The notes under the pieces are model-generated. The model was not told where the DNA came from and did not search any database. It saw only the letters and a program-made list of their open reading frames with translations. DNA of 64,000 nt from Alphaproteobacteria bacterium. GTDB lineage: Bacteria > Pseudomonadota > Alphaproteobacteria > Bin95. The translations under genes were made by a program, and so were the position numbers. This document shows, one piece after another, positions 48,462-59,300 of this stretch (position 1 is its first letter; every line of letters begins with the position of its first letter). The stretch lies in the NCBI GenBank assembly GCA_963665325.3, contig OZ224045.1, forward strand, positions 2,176,001-2,240,000. Direction: 5' to 3'.

Positions 48462-50180
48462 TCAGGCGCCGACGGCATAGGCCATGCGGCGGGGGTCGGC
48501 GCCGCCGGTCATCAGGCCGCGCTCGCTGTCAGCGTCGATCATGCACACGGAGCCTGCGAGCCAAATGCGCTCCGGCCACCGTTCGATCTCGTGGCCGCGC
48601 TGCGCCAGCTCGTCGCCGGCTTCCTCCGCGATGGCGCTCTCCAGCTTCAGCAGGCCCGGATAGTAGGCATGCGGCTCGAAGGACGACGGGAAGCTGTAGC
48701 TGGCGAAGCGGGGCGCGGAGACGGCCTCCTGGGCGGACATACTGTGGACCGCAAGGTTCATGAGGCATTGCGACATGGCTTGGGTCTGGACATCGCCGCC
48801 GGGGGTTCCGAAGGGCACGAAGCGCGTTCCGCCGTCCATCACGGCCATCGCCGGGTTGGGCGTGAGGCGGGGGCGCTTGCCGGGGGCGAGCGCAGAGGGA
48901 TGCGCGGGATCGGTCCAGGACTGGCAGCCGCGCGAGGAGATCGCGAGGCCGACGCCCGGGGCGACCGTGCCGCCATAGGAGCCGTCGGACGGCGTGGCGG
49001 AGAAGACATTGCCCGCCTCGTCCACGACGCAGATGTAGGAGGTGTCCAGCGGCGCGACTTCGGGCTCCCGCGTCGGAACCGGCGGCGCAGGGATCGCGGA
49101 ACGTGAGCCGGCATCGCCCGGCGGCGGCATTTCCGGCATGGCGCGGCCCATGTCGATCTCGGCCCGGCGCAGGGCGGCGTAAGCCTCCGACGCCAGCGTG
49201 TCGATCGGCACGTCCACGAAGCGCGGATCGCCCAGATAAGCGTCGCGGTCCGCCATGGCGAGCTTGACCGCCTCGACCGCGGCATGCACCGCGTCGGCGC
49301 TGTTGTGGCCGAGCGCATGCAGGTCGTAGCCGCCGAGGATGTTCAGCACCTCGATCAGCGCCGGCCCCTGGCACCAGGGCCCGCAGGCATAGACATCCGC
49401 ATTGCCGAACCGCCCGCGCACGGGCTCCTCTATGCCGACGCGGAAGGAAGCGAGGTCCTCGCGCGTCATCCAGCCGCCTTCCGCGGCCTGCCAGTCGGCG
49501 ATGCGCCGGGCGATGTCGCCCTTGTAGAAGGCGTCGCGGGCGGCGGCGAGCCCGGCCTTGCGCCCGCCCTTGCGTGCGGCGGCGGCCTCCTCGTCGACCA
49601 TGTATTGCAGCGCGGTAGCCCCTTCCTTCTGGAAGAACAGCTCGCCCGTCCGGGGCGGCCGCCCGCCCGGCAGGAAGATCGCAGCCGTATCCGGCGCGGC
49701 GCGGAACTCGGCCTCGTGCTCCGAGATGATCCGCTCCATCAGCGGATACATGGGGAAGCCGTCGCGGGCGTAACGGATCGCCGCCTGCGCGACCTCGCCG
49801 AAGCTCATCCGGCCCCAGAGCTCCAGCGCGGTGGTCCAGGCGTCCGGGGCCGCGGGAACGACCGTTCGCAGCACCCCGTTCGGGATCGCGCCGCCATATT
49901 CGCGCTGGAAATGTCCGATATCGGCAGCCTTAGGCCACCAGCCGAGGCCCGAGACGGTGATGACCTTCTGCGCGTCGGCGCTATAGACCATGATCGGCGC
50001 GACGCCGGCGACACTCACCAGGTCGCTTTCGAGAATGCCGAGCGCCAGCCCGCCGGCCACGCCCGCGTCGATGGCATTGCCGCCGGCTTCCAGCACGGAG
50101 AACGCCGCGCTCGCCGCAAGCTGGTGTCCGGCCACGACCATATGCCGGGTTGCGACCACTTCGGCCCGTTCGCTCGCCAT
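48462..50180 (-). CDS. ggt: Gamma-glutamyltransferase family protein
   Basis: GGNAIDAG, RDAFYKG, autocleavage Thr in DTSYICVVD, PGKRP, GTPGGD, ADPRR. Confidence 0.92.
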   Translation of the reverse strand: MASERAEVVATRHMVVAGHQLAASAAFSVLEAGGNAIDAGVAGGLALGILESDLVSVAGVAPIMVYSADAQKVITVSGLGWWPKAADIGHFQREYGGAIPNGVLRTVVPAAPDAWTTALELWGRMSFGEVAQAAIRYARDGFPMYPLMERIISEHEAEFRAAPDTAAIFLPGGRPPRTGELFFQKEGATALQYMVDEEAAAARKGGRKAGLAAARDAFYKGDIARRIADWQAAEGGWMTREDLASFRVGIEEPVRGRFGNADVYACGPWCQGPALIEVLNILGGYDLHALGHNSADAVHAAVEAVKLAMADRDAYLGDPRFVDVPIDTLASEAYAALRRAEIDMGRAMPEMPPPGDAGSRSAIPAPPVPTREPEVAPLDTSYICVVDEAGNVFSATPSDGSYGGTVAPGVGLAISSRGCQSWTDPAHPSALAPGKRPRLTPNPAMAVMDGGTRFVPFGTPGGDVQTQAMSQCLMNLAVHSMSAQEAVSAPRFASYSFPSSFEPHAYYPGLLKLESAIAEEAGDELAQRGHEIERWPERIWLAGSVCMIDADSERGLMTGGADPRRMAYAVGA

Positions 50181-50273
50181 CGGCCCTCGGCTCCCCTGTT
50201 TCCCCGCCTTGTCATCCGGGCGGCTCTTCGTGCCATGATGCGCGAGGGCGAACCGGAAAGCGAGAGAGGCTGC

Positions 50274-51425
50274 ATGCCGATCCATTTCAGCAAGGAAGAG
50301 TTCTCAGGGCGTCAGCGCGCGGCGGCGGAGGCGATGGCGGCGGCCGGCTTCGACGGCCTGCTGATCTTCAAGCAGGAGAGCATGTTCTACCTCACCGGCT
50401 ACGACACATTCGGTTTCTGCTTCTTCCAGTGCCTGGTGCTCGGCGCTGACGGGCGGCTGGCACTGCTGACCCGCGCGCCCGACCGCCGCCAGGCCGAATT
50501 CACCTCGGTGCTCGGCGATATCCGGGTGTGGGAAGACGCCGCGGATGCGCGGCCGGAGAACGAGCTGAAGGCGATGCTGGCCGAGTTCGGCCTCGAAGGC
50601 CGGCGGCTCGGCGTGGAGTGGCAGTCTTACGGACTGCCGGCGGCGCTCGGCTTCCGCCTCCGCGATGCGCTGGAAGGGTTCGTCGATCTGGGGGACGCTT
50701 CCGGGCTTGTGGATGGGCTGCGGGTCATCAAGAGCCCGGCGGAGCTGGCCTATGTACGCAAGGCGGGCGAGCTTGCCGACCGCGCCTGGGACGAGGCCGT
50801 GCGGCTGGCGCGGCCGGGCGCCTTCGAGGGCGACATCCTGGCGGCGATGCAGGGTGCGGTCTCGCGGGCCGGCGGCGACGAGCCGGCAAACGAGACCGTC
50901 ATCGGCTCAGGTCCCGGCGCGCTCATGTGCCGCTACTACACCGGCAGGCGGCATCTGGATGCGGACGACCAGCTGATGCTGGAGTTCGCTGGGACATGGC
51001 GGCACTACCATGCCTGCCTGATGCGCACGATCCGCATCGGCACGCCGCTGGAGCGCCAGCGCTTCCTCCACGACGCGGCGGTCGAGGCGCTGGCCGCCTG
51101 CCGGGAGGCGCTGAGGCCCGGCCGGCCTGTCGGGGACGTGTTCGATGCCCATGCCCGCGTGCTCGATGCCCGCGGCCTGGCCGAGCACCGCATGAACGCC
51201 TGCGGCTATTCGCTCGGCGCCACCTTCGCGCCCGTCTGGATGGACAGCCCGATGTTTTACCGCGGCAATCCCGTGCTCGCGGCGCCCGGCATGGTGTTCT
51301 TCATCCATATCATCATCTTCGACAGTGATTCCGGCCTTGCCGCGACTTCGGGCACGACCACCGTCGTCACCGAAACCGGCAATGAGCCGGTCACCCACGC
51401 CTCCACCGACCTCGTCGTCAACTAG
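50274..51425 (+). CDS. M24-fold hydrolase (Xaa-Pro peptidase/creatinase/DoeA-like)
   Basis: FSKEEF..R, YLTGYD, RVIKSPAEL, YHACLMRT, GYSLG. Confidence 0.85.
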   Translation: MPIHFSKEEFSGRQRAAAEAMAAAGFDGLLIFKQESMFYLTGYDTFGFCFFQCLVLGADGRLALLTRAPDRRQAEFTSVLGDIRVWEDAADARPENELKAMLAEFGLEGRRLGVEWQSYGLPAALGFRLRDALEGFVDLGDASGLVDGLRVIKSPAELAYVRKAGELADRAWDEAVRLARPGAFEGDILAAMQGAVSRAGGDEPANETVIGSGPGALMCRYYTGRRHLDADDQLMLEFAGTWRHYHACLMRTIRIGTPLERQRFLHDAAVEALAACREALRPGRPVGDVFDAHARVLDARGLAEHRMNACGYSLGATFAPVWMDSPMFYRGNPVLAAPGMVFFIHIIIFDSDSGLAATSGTTTVVTETGNEPVTHASTDLVVN

Positions 51426-51450
51426 CAACCGGCGGGGAGCCGCTTTGCCG

Positions 51451-52596
51451 ATGGATTTCCTGACGCCCGAACAGGAGATGTGGCGCGAAACCGTCTTCCG
51501 CTTCATGGAGGAGGAGGTCGGCCGCGACTATGTCCGCGAGAAGGACCGGAACCGCGAATATCCCTATGAAGGATACGCGAAGATCGTTTCGCAGGGCTGG
51601 ATCGGCCTGCTGGTGCCCGAGGAGCGGGGCGGGCAGGGCGGCGACATCTTCGCCTACGCGCTGATGTGCGAGGGGCTGGCGCGCTACGGGCCGGACTTCG
51701 CCACCGCGCTGATGGTGCCGATGTTCACGGCGCAGAACATCGTCCATCACGGCACCCCGGGGCAGGCCGCCCGCTATATCGAGCCGTTCCTGGCCGGCGA
51801 GATGCGCTTCGTCATCTCCCTCTCGGAGCCGCAGGCGGGCTCGGACGCCGCCAATGCCCGCACGCGCGCCCGGCGCGACGGGGACGAATGGGTGGTGAAC
51901 GGGCAGAAGCTCTGGAACTCGGGCGGCGGCGCGAAAGGCGCCGTGCTCTGCGCGCTCGTGCGAACCGAGGCGGGGTCCGAAAAGCACAACGGGCTTTCGG
52001 TGATGCTGATCCCGAACGACGCGCCGGGCGTGACCGTCCACAAGATCGAGGCGCTCGCGCGCCGGGCCACGGGCTCCAACACGATCTTCTTCGACGATGT
52101 GCGCCTGCCCGGCCACGCCCTGCTCGGCGCGGAGGGGCAGGGCTGGCAGATCATGACCGAACATCTGGAGCTGGAGCGCATTTCCATCGCCGCCGGTTAT
52201 GTCGGCTGCGCCCAGCAGGCCGTGGACGATGCCTGCGACTATGCCCGCACGCGGGAACAGTTCGGGCAACCGATCTTCGATTTCCAGGTGATCCGGCATA
52301 TGCTGGCCGACATGCAGACCCGGGTGGACGCCGCACGCCTCCTGACCTACCGCGCCGCTGCAGCGGCGAACGGCGGCGACCCATGTCCGAAGGAAGCCGC
52401 GATGGCGAAGCTGTTCGCGTCGGAGACCCTGCAGGAGGTTTCGCGGCAGGGCGTGCAGATCATGGGCGGCATCGGCACCACGCCGGAGGCCGATATGGAG
52501 CGCTATTTCCGGGAAGGCATGCAGGCCACCATTGGCGGCGGCACCAGCCAGATCCAGCGCACCATCATTGCAAGGCATATGCGCCATGCCCGCTAG
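51451..52596 (+). CDS. Acyl-CoA dehydrogenase
   Basis: LSEPQAGSD, NGQKLW, REQFGQPI, IGGGTSQIQR. Confidence 0.95.
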   Translation: MDFLTPEQEMWRETVFRFMEEEVGRDYVREKDRNREYPYEGYAKIVSQGWIGLLVPEERGGQGGDIFAYALMCEGLARYGPDFATALMVPMFTAQNIVHHGTPGQAARYIEPFLAGEMRFVISLSEPQAGSDAANARTRARRDGDEWVVNGQKLWNSGGGAKGAVLCALVRTEAGSEKHNGLSVMLIPNDAPGVTVHKIEALARRATGSNTIFFDDVRLPGHALLGAEGQGWQIMTEHLELERISIAAGYVGCAQQAVDDACDYARTREQFGQPIFDFQVIRHMLADMQTRVDAARLLTYRAAAAANGGDPCPKEAAMAKLFASETLQEVSRQGVQIMGGIGTTPEADMERYFREGMQATIGGGTSQIQRTIIARHMRHAR

Positions 52597-53122
52597 AGCC
52601 GGACTGGCGCTCATCGCGTTGCTGGCGGCGGGCCCGGCGCTGGCGGCGGATTCCTGGGACAAGATGCTTTGCATGGCGGGCGGCGGCGCGCCGTCTGCGA
52701 ATGTGCTGCATTGCACGCGCGCGCTGTCGGACGGGCTGTTCGAGACTCCGGAGGAGCGCGCAAGGGGCCTTTTCAAACGCGGCACGGCGCAGATCGAGAC
52801 CGGGGCCTATGCCGATGCCGTCGCCGATTTCGACGAGGCCATCGGCCTGCGCCCGGAATATGGCGAGGCATTCCACAATCGCGGCGTCGCCAAGTGGCGC
52901 CAGGGCAAGCTGGAAGGCGCGCTTGCGGACTTCGACGAGAGCGTCGCGCTCGGCCAGGTGGAGCTCTGGCGCGCCTACAAGGTGCGCGGCGACCTCAAGG
53001 CGGAAATGGGACAGCTCGACGAGGCGCTGGCCGACTACAAGCGGTCGCTCGCCATCCGCCCGGACTGGGACTACGCCCGCAGGGCGCTAAGGCGCGTGAT
53101 GATCAGGAAGCAGGGGAACTAG
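52586..53122 (+). CDS. Secreted tetratricopeptide-repeat protein
   Basis: Signal peptide; about 3 TPR units (RG...A.ADFDEAI.L.P). Confidence 0.85.
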   Translation: MPARAGLALIALLAAGPALAADSWDKMLCMAGGGAPSANVLHCTRALSDGLFETPEERARGLFKRGTAQIETGAYADAVADFDEAIGLRPEYGEAFHNRGVAKWRQGKLEGALADFDESVALGQVELWRAYKVRGDLKAEMGQLDEALADYKRSLAIRPDWDYARRALRRVMIRKQGN

Positions 53123-53325
53123 AGCTCGGCTGTGTTGCCGGAGAACTTGGATAGGTGCATTGCGGAGTCCACGCTCAGCGAGGTTTCGTCCTTCACAAGA
53201 CGCTCGATCCGTGTCCTGGGCACACCCAGGCGCTTCGCGAGTGCGGGCGCACTCATATCGAGCGGCTCGAGGTAGAGCAGCGCAAGCACCTCCCCTGGAT
53301 GATACGGCTTCTTCGGCAAGGTCAT
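53119..53325 (-). pseudogene. higA: Truncated HigA-family antitoxin
   Basis: HPGEVL...LEPL.MS...LAKRLGVPRTRIERLV; ends at 68 aa, before the usual W..LQ..YDL helix. Confidence 0.75.
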
Positions 53326-53381
53326 CCTGGCCTCATCGGCGCTAGCCCGCAATCCAGATATCTGCCGCGCTGTCTTGCCCC

Positions 53382-54971
53382 TCAAATCTCGTCGCTGTAG
53401 GCGTAGTCGCGGTCCAGGCGGCGGCCCATGGCTCGGGCGTGGGGGGCGCCTTCGGCTATCAGCGCTAGCACATAGTCGTCGTCCGGCAGGCCGGCGGCGG
53501 CGGCCAGCATCCGCACCTCGTCCAGCAGTTTGCCTTCGGGCGGCAGGACGGGCGCGGGCAGGGCCACCTTCTCCCGCTCCGGCGGCGGGCCCGCCTCCAG
53601 CACGGGGCGGCGATCGCGCCATTCGGTCGCCTCCTCGAAGGCCTGACCTGCCGCCAGCACCACCCGGTCGTGGAAGGGCGCGGCCGCGATCTGCACGCCG
53701 AGCGGGAGGCCGCCGGAAAATCCAGCAGTGATCGTCAGCGCCGGGCCGCCGGTCACGTCGAACGGTGTGGTGATGCTGGGGTAGATCCAGAAATTCGCGG
53801 TGTCGTGCGCATCGAGCCGGGGGGCGGGGCCTGTGGCCGAGGGCGCGATCAATATGTCGAAGCGCTGATAGACCGGCTCCATGGCCCGGCGCAGCTGGCG
53901 CCAGCGACGGTGCGCGGCGACATAGTCCTGCGACGTGTAGCAGACGGCACCGAGCGCGCGGGAGAGGAAATCCTGACCGAAGTCGCGCGGGCGCGCCTGG
54001 AGGTCGCGCCGGTGGACATTGAACAGCTCGCTTTCGGCTATGGTGATCTTGACGTCGTACCAGTCCTGCGTTGGAGGCATACGCGCTGTCTCGACCCCGG
54101 CGCCGAGGCTGCCGAAGACCTCCGCCATATGCTCGCAGGCAGCCACCATTTCCGGCGCGCACTTCAGGTCCTCTTCCCAGTAGTGGCGCAGTAGGCCGAC
54201 GCGCAGCCCGGCCATGGAGGGCGGTGCAGGCTGCTGCGGGCGGGTTGAGGAGCGTGGGTCCTCCGGGTCGTGGCCGGCCAGCGCATCCATCAGCAGCGCG
54301 CAGTCCTCCGCCGTCCAGGCAAGCGGCCCGCAATGGTCGAAGGTGAAGGAGTTGGGGATGACGCCCCGCCGGCTGACGAGCCCGTAGCTCGGCATCAGCC
54401 CGGCGACCCCGGAAAGCGCGGCCGGCCCCCTGATGGAGCCGCCGGTGTCAGTGCCCATTGCGCCCAGGCAGAGCCCCGCCGCCACCGCAACGCCGGACCC
54501 GCTCGACGAGCCGCCGGAAAAATGGTCCGTATTCCAGGGGTTCCGCGCCGGCGGCCAGGGCAGATCGAAGCTGGGGCCGCCATGCGCGAATTCGTGCGTG
54601 GCGAGCTTGCCGGTGATGACCGCGCCCGCCGCCTTCAGCCGGCGCACTGTCTCGGCGTCTTCCGCCGGCACGCGGTCCTGCTGCGTCTTCGAGCCGCCGG
54701 CGGTCAGCACGCCGGCCGTGTCGTAGATGTCCTTCAGCGCGACGGTAACGCCGTGCAGCGGCCCCCGCCGGCGGCCGGCGGCAATCTCCGCATCCGCTGC
54801 TCTGGCGTCCTCCAGCGCGCCCTCGGCCATGACCGTCACATGGCTGTTCAGGCGCGCGTCATGGGCCTCGATGCGCGCGAGCGTCGCCTCGACCAGTTCC
54901 ACAGAGGACAACTGCCGTGCCGCGATGGCCCGCGATACCTCGGCAAGCGTGAGATTTGCGAGATCGACCAT
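53382..54971 (-). CDS. Amidase-signature family enzyme
   Basis: GPLHGVTVALKD, GGSSSGSG, GTDTGGSIRGPA. Confidence 0.95.
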   Translation of the reverse strand: MVDLANLTLAEVSRAIAARQLSSVELVEATLARIEAHDARLNSHVTVMAEGALEDARAADAEIAAGRRRGPLHGVTVALKDIYDTAGVLTAGGSKTQQDRVPAEDAETVRRLKAAGAVITGKLATHEFAHGGPSFDLPWPPARNPWNTDHFSGGSSSGSGVAVAAGLCLGAMGTDTGGSIRGPAALSGVAGLMPSYGLVSRRGVIPNSFTFDHCGPLAWTAEDCALLMDALAGHDPEDPRSSTRPQQPAPPSMAGLRVGLLRHYWEEDLKCAPEMVAACEHMAEVFGSLGAGVETARMPPTQDWYDVKITIAESELFNVHRRDLQARPRDFGQDFLSRALGAVCYTSQDYVAAHRRWRQLRRAMEPVYQRFDILIAPSATGPAPRLDAHDTANFWIYPSITTPFDVTGGPALTITAGFSGGLPLGVQIAAAPFHDRVVLAAGQAFEEATEWRDRRPVLEAGPPPEREKVALPAPVLPPEGKLLDEVRMLAAAAGLPDDDYVLALIAEGAPHARAMGRRLDRDYAYSDEI

Positions 54972-55112
54972 GTGGGTCTGCCTTTCCTGCCCGGGGAGAG
55001 CGAGCCGCCATTATGCCCGCAGCCGAACGCCGGGGACACTGCGCCGGGCTTGACCGGCGGGCGGGTGCGCGCCACGAATGGCGGGCTCCGAACGGGCACA
55101 GGGAGGGAATGC

Positions 55113-55898
55113 ATGCGCTGGGTGCGGATCGATACGGATGACGGCCCCCGCTACGGCATTGTCGAGGGCGAAAGTATCGCGACGGTGCAGGGTTCTCCCT
55201 TCGGCGGCCATTCGCCGACCGGGGAGCGCGTTGCGCTGGACACGGCCCGTTTCCTGCCGCCGGTGATGCCGCCCACCTTCTACGCCGCCGGCCTCAACTA
55301 TCCCGAGCATGCTGTGGCGGCGGCCAACAAGCGCGGCGAGCTTCCGTCCCTGCCGGAAACCGCCGATATCGGCTACCGCGCCGTCAATGCGCTCACGGGC
55401 CACAATTGCCCCATCGTGATCCCGGCGGACGCCACCGAGCGCGTCCAGTACGAGGCCGAGCTGGTGGCGGTGATCGGCCGGACGGCGCGCAATATTCGCG
55501 AGGACGAGGTGCGCGGCCACCTGCTCGGCTACACCATCGGAAACGATGTTTCGGAGCGCCACTGGCAGGCGCACGACCGCACTCTCTGGCGCGCCAAGAA
55601 CACCGACAGTTTCGCGCCGATGGGCCCCTGGATCGACACGGAATTCGACCCGGCCGGAACCGAGACCGTCGTGCGGCTGAACGGTGAGGAGACCATCCGC
55701 TTCGCCACCGATTCGATGATCTTCTCCGTCGAGATCTTCATCGCTCGCATGTCGCGCTATCTCACCCTGGTGCCGGGCGATGTGGTCTGGATGGGCACCG
55801 AGGGCGTCGGACCGAACCTGAAGCATGGCGACCTCTGCGAAATCGAGATCGCCGGTCTCGGCACTCTCTCCAACCCGGTGGTCCGCGAAGGCATGTAG
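55113..55898 (+). CDS. Fumarylacetoacetate hydrolase family protein
   Basis: GLNY, YEAEL, GYTIGNDVSER, AKNTDSFAPMGP, TLVPGDV. Confidence 0.93.
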   Translation: MRWVRIDTDDGPRYGIVEGESIATVQGSPFGGHSPTGERVALDTARFLPPVMPPTFYAAGLNYPEHAVAAANKRGELPSLPETADIGYRAVNALTGHNCPIVIPADATERVQYEAELVAVIGRTARNIREDEVRGHLLGYTIGNDVSERHWQAHDRTLWRAKNTDSFAPMGPWIDTEFDPAGTETVVRLNGEETIRFATDSMIFSVEIFIARMSRYLTLVPGDVVWMGTEGVGPNLKHGDLCEIEIAGLGTLSNPVVREGM

Positions 55899-55924
55899 TG
55901 CTTCTTCCCGACGAAGGCTGTCCG

Positions 55925-56341
55925 ATGACTACACCCACCATTATTCCTACCCTGCGCTACCGCGATTCCCGCGCGGCGCTGGACTGGCTCTGCCGCGTCT
56001 TCGGCTTCGAGCGCCACCTCGTCGTCGAGGGGGACGATGGCGCGATAGAGCACGCCCAGCTGACGTTCGGCCACGGCATGGTCATGCTGGGCGAAGCCAG
56101 GGAGGGAGAATACGACACCCGCATGGTCTCGCCCGGCGAGGTCGGCGGCCGGCAGACGCAGTGCCCCTATCTGATCGTGGCCGACGTGGACGCCCACCAT
56201 GCCCGCGCTTTGGCTGCCGCGGCCGAAATCGTCATGGCGCCGGAGGACCAGCCCTATGGCGGCCGGCTCTACAGTGCGCTCGACCCGGAGGGGCATCTCT
56301 GGAATTTCGGTTCCTACGACCCCTACGCCCCCGCGCCCTGA
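55925..56341 (+). CDS. VOC/glyoxalase family protein
   Basis: PTLRYRD, HAQL, DVDAHHARA, DQPYGGR, DPEGHLW. Confidence 0.92.
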   Translation: MTTPTIIPTLRYRDSRAALDWLCRVFGFERHLVVEGDDGAIEHAQLTFGHGMVMLGEAREGEYDTRMVSPGEVGGRQTQCPYLIVADVDAHHARALAAAAEIVMAPEDQPYGGRLYSALDPEGHLWNFGSYDPYAPAP

Positions 56342-56396
56342 GCGCCTGCCGAACGACCCGATCTGCGCGTGTCGCCGGATGCGCGAAGGAGGCCGC

Positions 56397-59300
56397 ATGA
56401 CCCTCTCCGCCGTCCTGATCGCCAACCGGGGCGAGATCGCCGTTCGCATCGCCCGCGCCGCGGCCGATCTCGGCCTGCGCTCGGGTGTGGTCTATTCCGA
56501 GGACGACGCCGCCTGTCTGCACACGCGCATGGCTGATGAGGCCCATGCGCTCTGCGGGTCCGGTGCCGCGGCCTATCTGGACATCGGACAACTCGTGAAG
56601 ATCGCCAGGGACGGCGGCTACGACTCGGTCCACCCGGGCTACGGCTTCCTCTCGGAGCGCGCGGAATTCGCGGAGGCCTGCGCTGAGGCGGGTCTCTGTT
56701 TCGTCGGACCGGGCCCGAAGCATTTGCGGCTGTTCGGAGACAAGGCGGAGGCGCGGAAGGCGGCGCGCGCAGCGGGAGTCCCCGTGCCGGAAGGCATCGA
56801 CCGCGCGGTTTCGCTGGAAGAGGCGCAGGGCTTCTACGAAGCGCTCGGGCCCGGCAGCGCCATGATGATCAAGGCGCTTGCTGGCGGCGGCGGGCGCGGC
56901 ACGAGGGCGGTGTTCGAAGCCGGTGGGACCGAGCCGGCCTATGCGCGCTGCCGCTCCGAAGCAGAGACCGCGTTCGGCTGTGGCGATGTGTATGTGGAGG
57001 CGTTCATCCCCCGCGCCCGGCATATCGAGATCCAGGTCCTCGGCGACCGGACTGGCCATGCGGTGCATCTGGGCGAGAGGGAATGCAGCGTCCAGCGCCG
57101 CTACCAGAAAATCGTGGAGACGGCGCCCGCGCCGGGGCTTGATCCCGAGCTGCGTCGCGAGATGGCCGAAGCTGCCGTGCGGCTCGCCCGGTCGGTCGGC
57201 TACCTCAATCTCGGCACGTTCGAGTTCCTGGTGGACGCCGGCGACGATCCGGAAGGCACGGCCTTCGCCTTTATCGAGGCCAACGCCAGGCTGCAGGTGG
57301 AACATACGGTGACGGAGGCTGTTACCGGCGTCGATCTGGTCGAGACTCAGTTCCGGCTGGCCGGCGGCGCCACGCTCGCCGATCTGGGTCTGGACGACCC
57401 GGCCGCCGTCCGTCCGCGCGGTTATGCGATACAGGCGCGTGTGAATATGGAAACGGTGGCGGCGGACGGCTCGGTGCGGCCCGGGTCCGGCCGGATCGAC
57501 GCCTATGAGGCGCCGAGCGGGCCGGGCGTGCGCGTGGACGGTTTCGGCTATGCCGGCTATCGCACCGGCACCGCCTTCGACTCGCTGCTTGCCAAGGTGA
57601 TCTGTCATTCGCCTTCGCCCGATTTCGCCGATGCGGCGGCGCGGTCCCGGCGGGCGCTCGGCGAGTTCCGCATCGAGGGCGTGGCGACCAACATTCCGTT
57701 CCTGATGAACGTGCTGGCGCAGGAGGACTTTACCGCCGCCCGCACCCACACCCGCTGGGTGGAGGAACGGATTTCTGCGCTTGCTGCCCCGCCGGAGGGA
57801 TTGCGGCCCCGCTATGTCGCTGCTGTCCACGACACCGGTGCGGAGGACGGTTTCGCGGGCGCCCGCGTGGACAGCACGGATCCGCTGGCGCTCTTCGCAC
57901 ACGACGAGGCAGTCAAGGCCGCCCAGGTCGCAAGGGACCGGCAGCAGCCGCCCGATCCGGCCGGCCTCGCCGGCGTGGCGTCGCCCATCCAGGGCACGAT
58001 CGTCGCGCTGCTCGTCGCCGAGGGCGACCATGTGCTGGCGGGCCAGCCAGTCGCCGTGGTCGAGGCGATGAAGATGGAGCACGAGATCCGGGCCGAAAGC
58101 GCCGGAATCGTCCGCCAGGTCACGATGAAGCAGGGCGATGTGGTCCGCGAAGGCTGGCCCATCGCCTTCGTCGAGCCGGCGGATGTCGAGGGCAATTTCG
58201 CCGAGGGCGGCCGGGAGGTCGATCCGGATTTCATCCGGCCGGACCTCGAGGAGGCGATCCGCCGCCATGGCCATACGCTGGACGAAAACCGCCCGGAGGT
58301 CGTTGCCCGACGCCATGAGCGGGGCTACCGGATGCCGCGCGAGAACATCGACCGGCTGGTGGACCCCGGCTCATTCCAGGAATACTGGCCGCTGCTGACC
58401 GCCCTCCAGCACCAGCGCTACGACATCGAGACGCTGAGGCAGAAATATCCGGCCGACGGCGTGGTGGCGGGCACGGCCTCGATCAACGGCTCCCACTTCG
58501 ACGACGAGCGCTCGCGGGCCATCGTCGTTCATTACGACTACACCGTGCTCGCCGGCACACAGGGGCGGCGCAACCACTACAAGCAGGACCGGATGTTCGA
58601 GCTGGCGCACCGCTTCCGGCTGCCCGTGGTGCTGTTCTCGGAGGGCGGCGGCGGACGGCCGGGCGACGACAATACCGGCCCGCGCGTCGCTTTCGACACC
58701 GACACCTTCACCACCTTCTCAAGGCTGAGCGGTCTCGTGCCGCTGGTCGGGATTAACAACGGGCGCTGCTTCGCGGGCAATACGGCCCTGCTCGCGTGCT
58801 GCGATGTCATTATCGCGACGAAGAGTTCCACCATCGCCATGGGCGGCCCGGCGATGATCGAAGGCGGCGGCCTCGGCGTCTATACGCCGGAGGAGGTCGG
58901 GCCCATGGAATTCCAGGTTCCGAACGGCGTGGTCGACATCCTGGTTGAGGACGAGGACGAGGCGGTCGATGTCGCCAAGCGCTACCTCTCTTATTTCCAG
59001 GGGCCGACGGACTGCTGGGAGGAAGGCGGCGACCAGCGGATGCTGCGTCACGCCGTGCCGGAAAACCGGGTGCGCCTCTACGACATGCGGGAGATCGTCC
59101 ATACCCTCGCGGACAAGGATTCCGTGCTGGAGCTGCGCGAGAAGTTCGGCATCGGCATCATTACCTGCCTCATCCGCATCGAAGGCCGCCCGATGGGCGT
59201 CATCGCCAACAATCCGCACCATCTGGCCGGCGCGGTGGACTCCGATGGCGCGGACAAGGGCGCGCGCTTCCTGCAACTCTGCGACGCCTTCGACATTCCC

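Noticed and set aside
49284-51425. 713-aa M24 protein, and similarly the 542-aa FAH ORF from 54270
   Set aside because: N-terminal extensions are antisense to the divergent GGT and amidase genes
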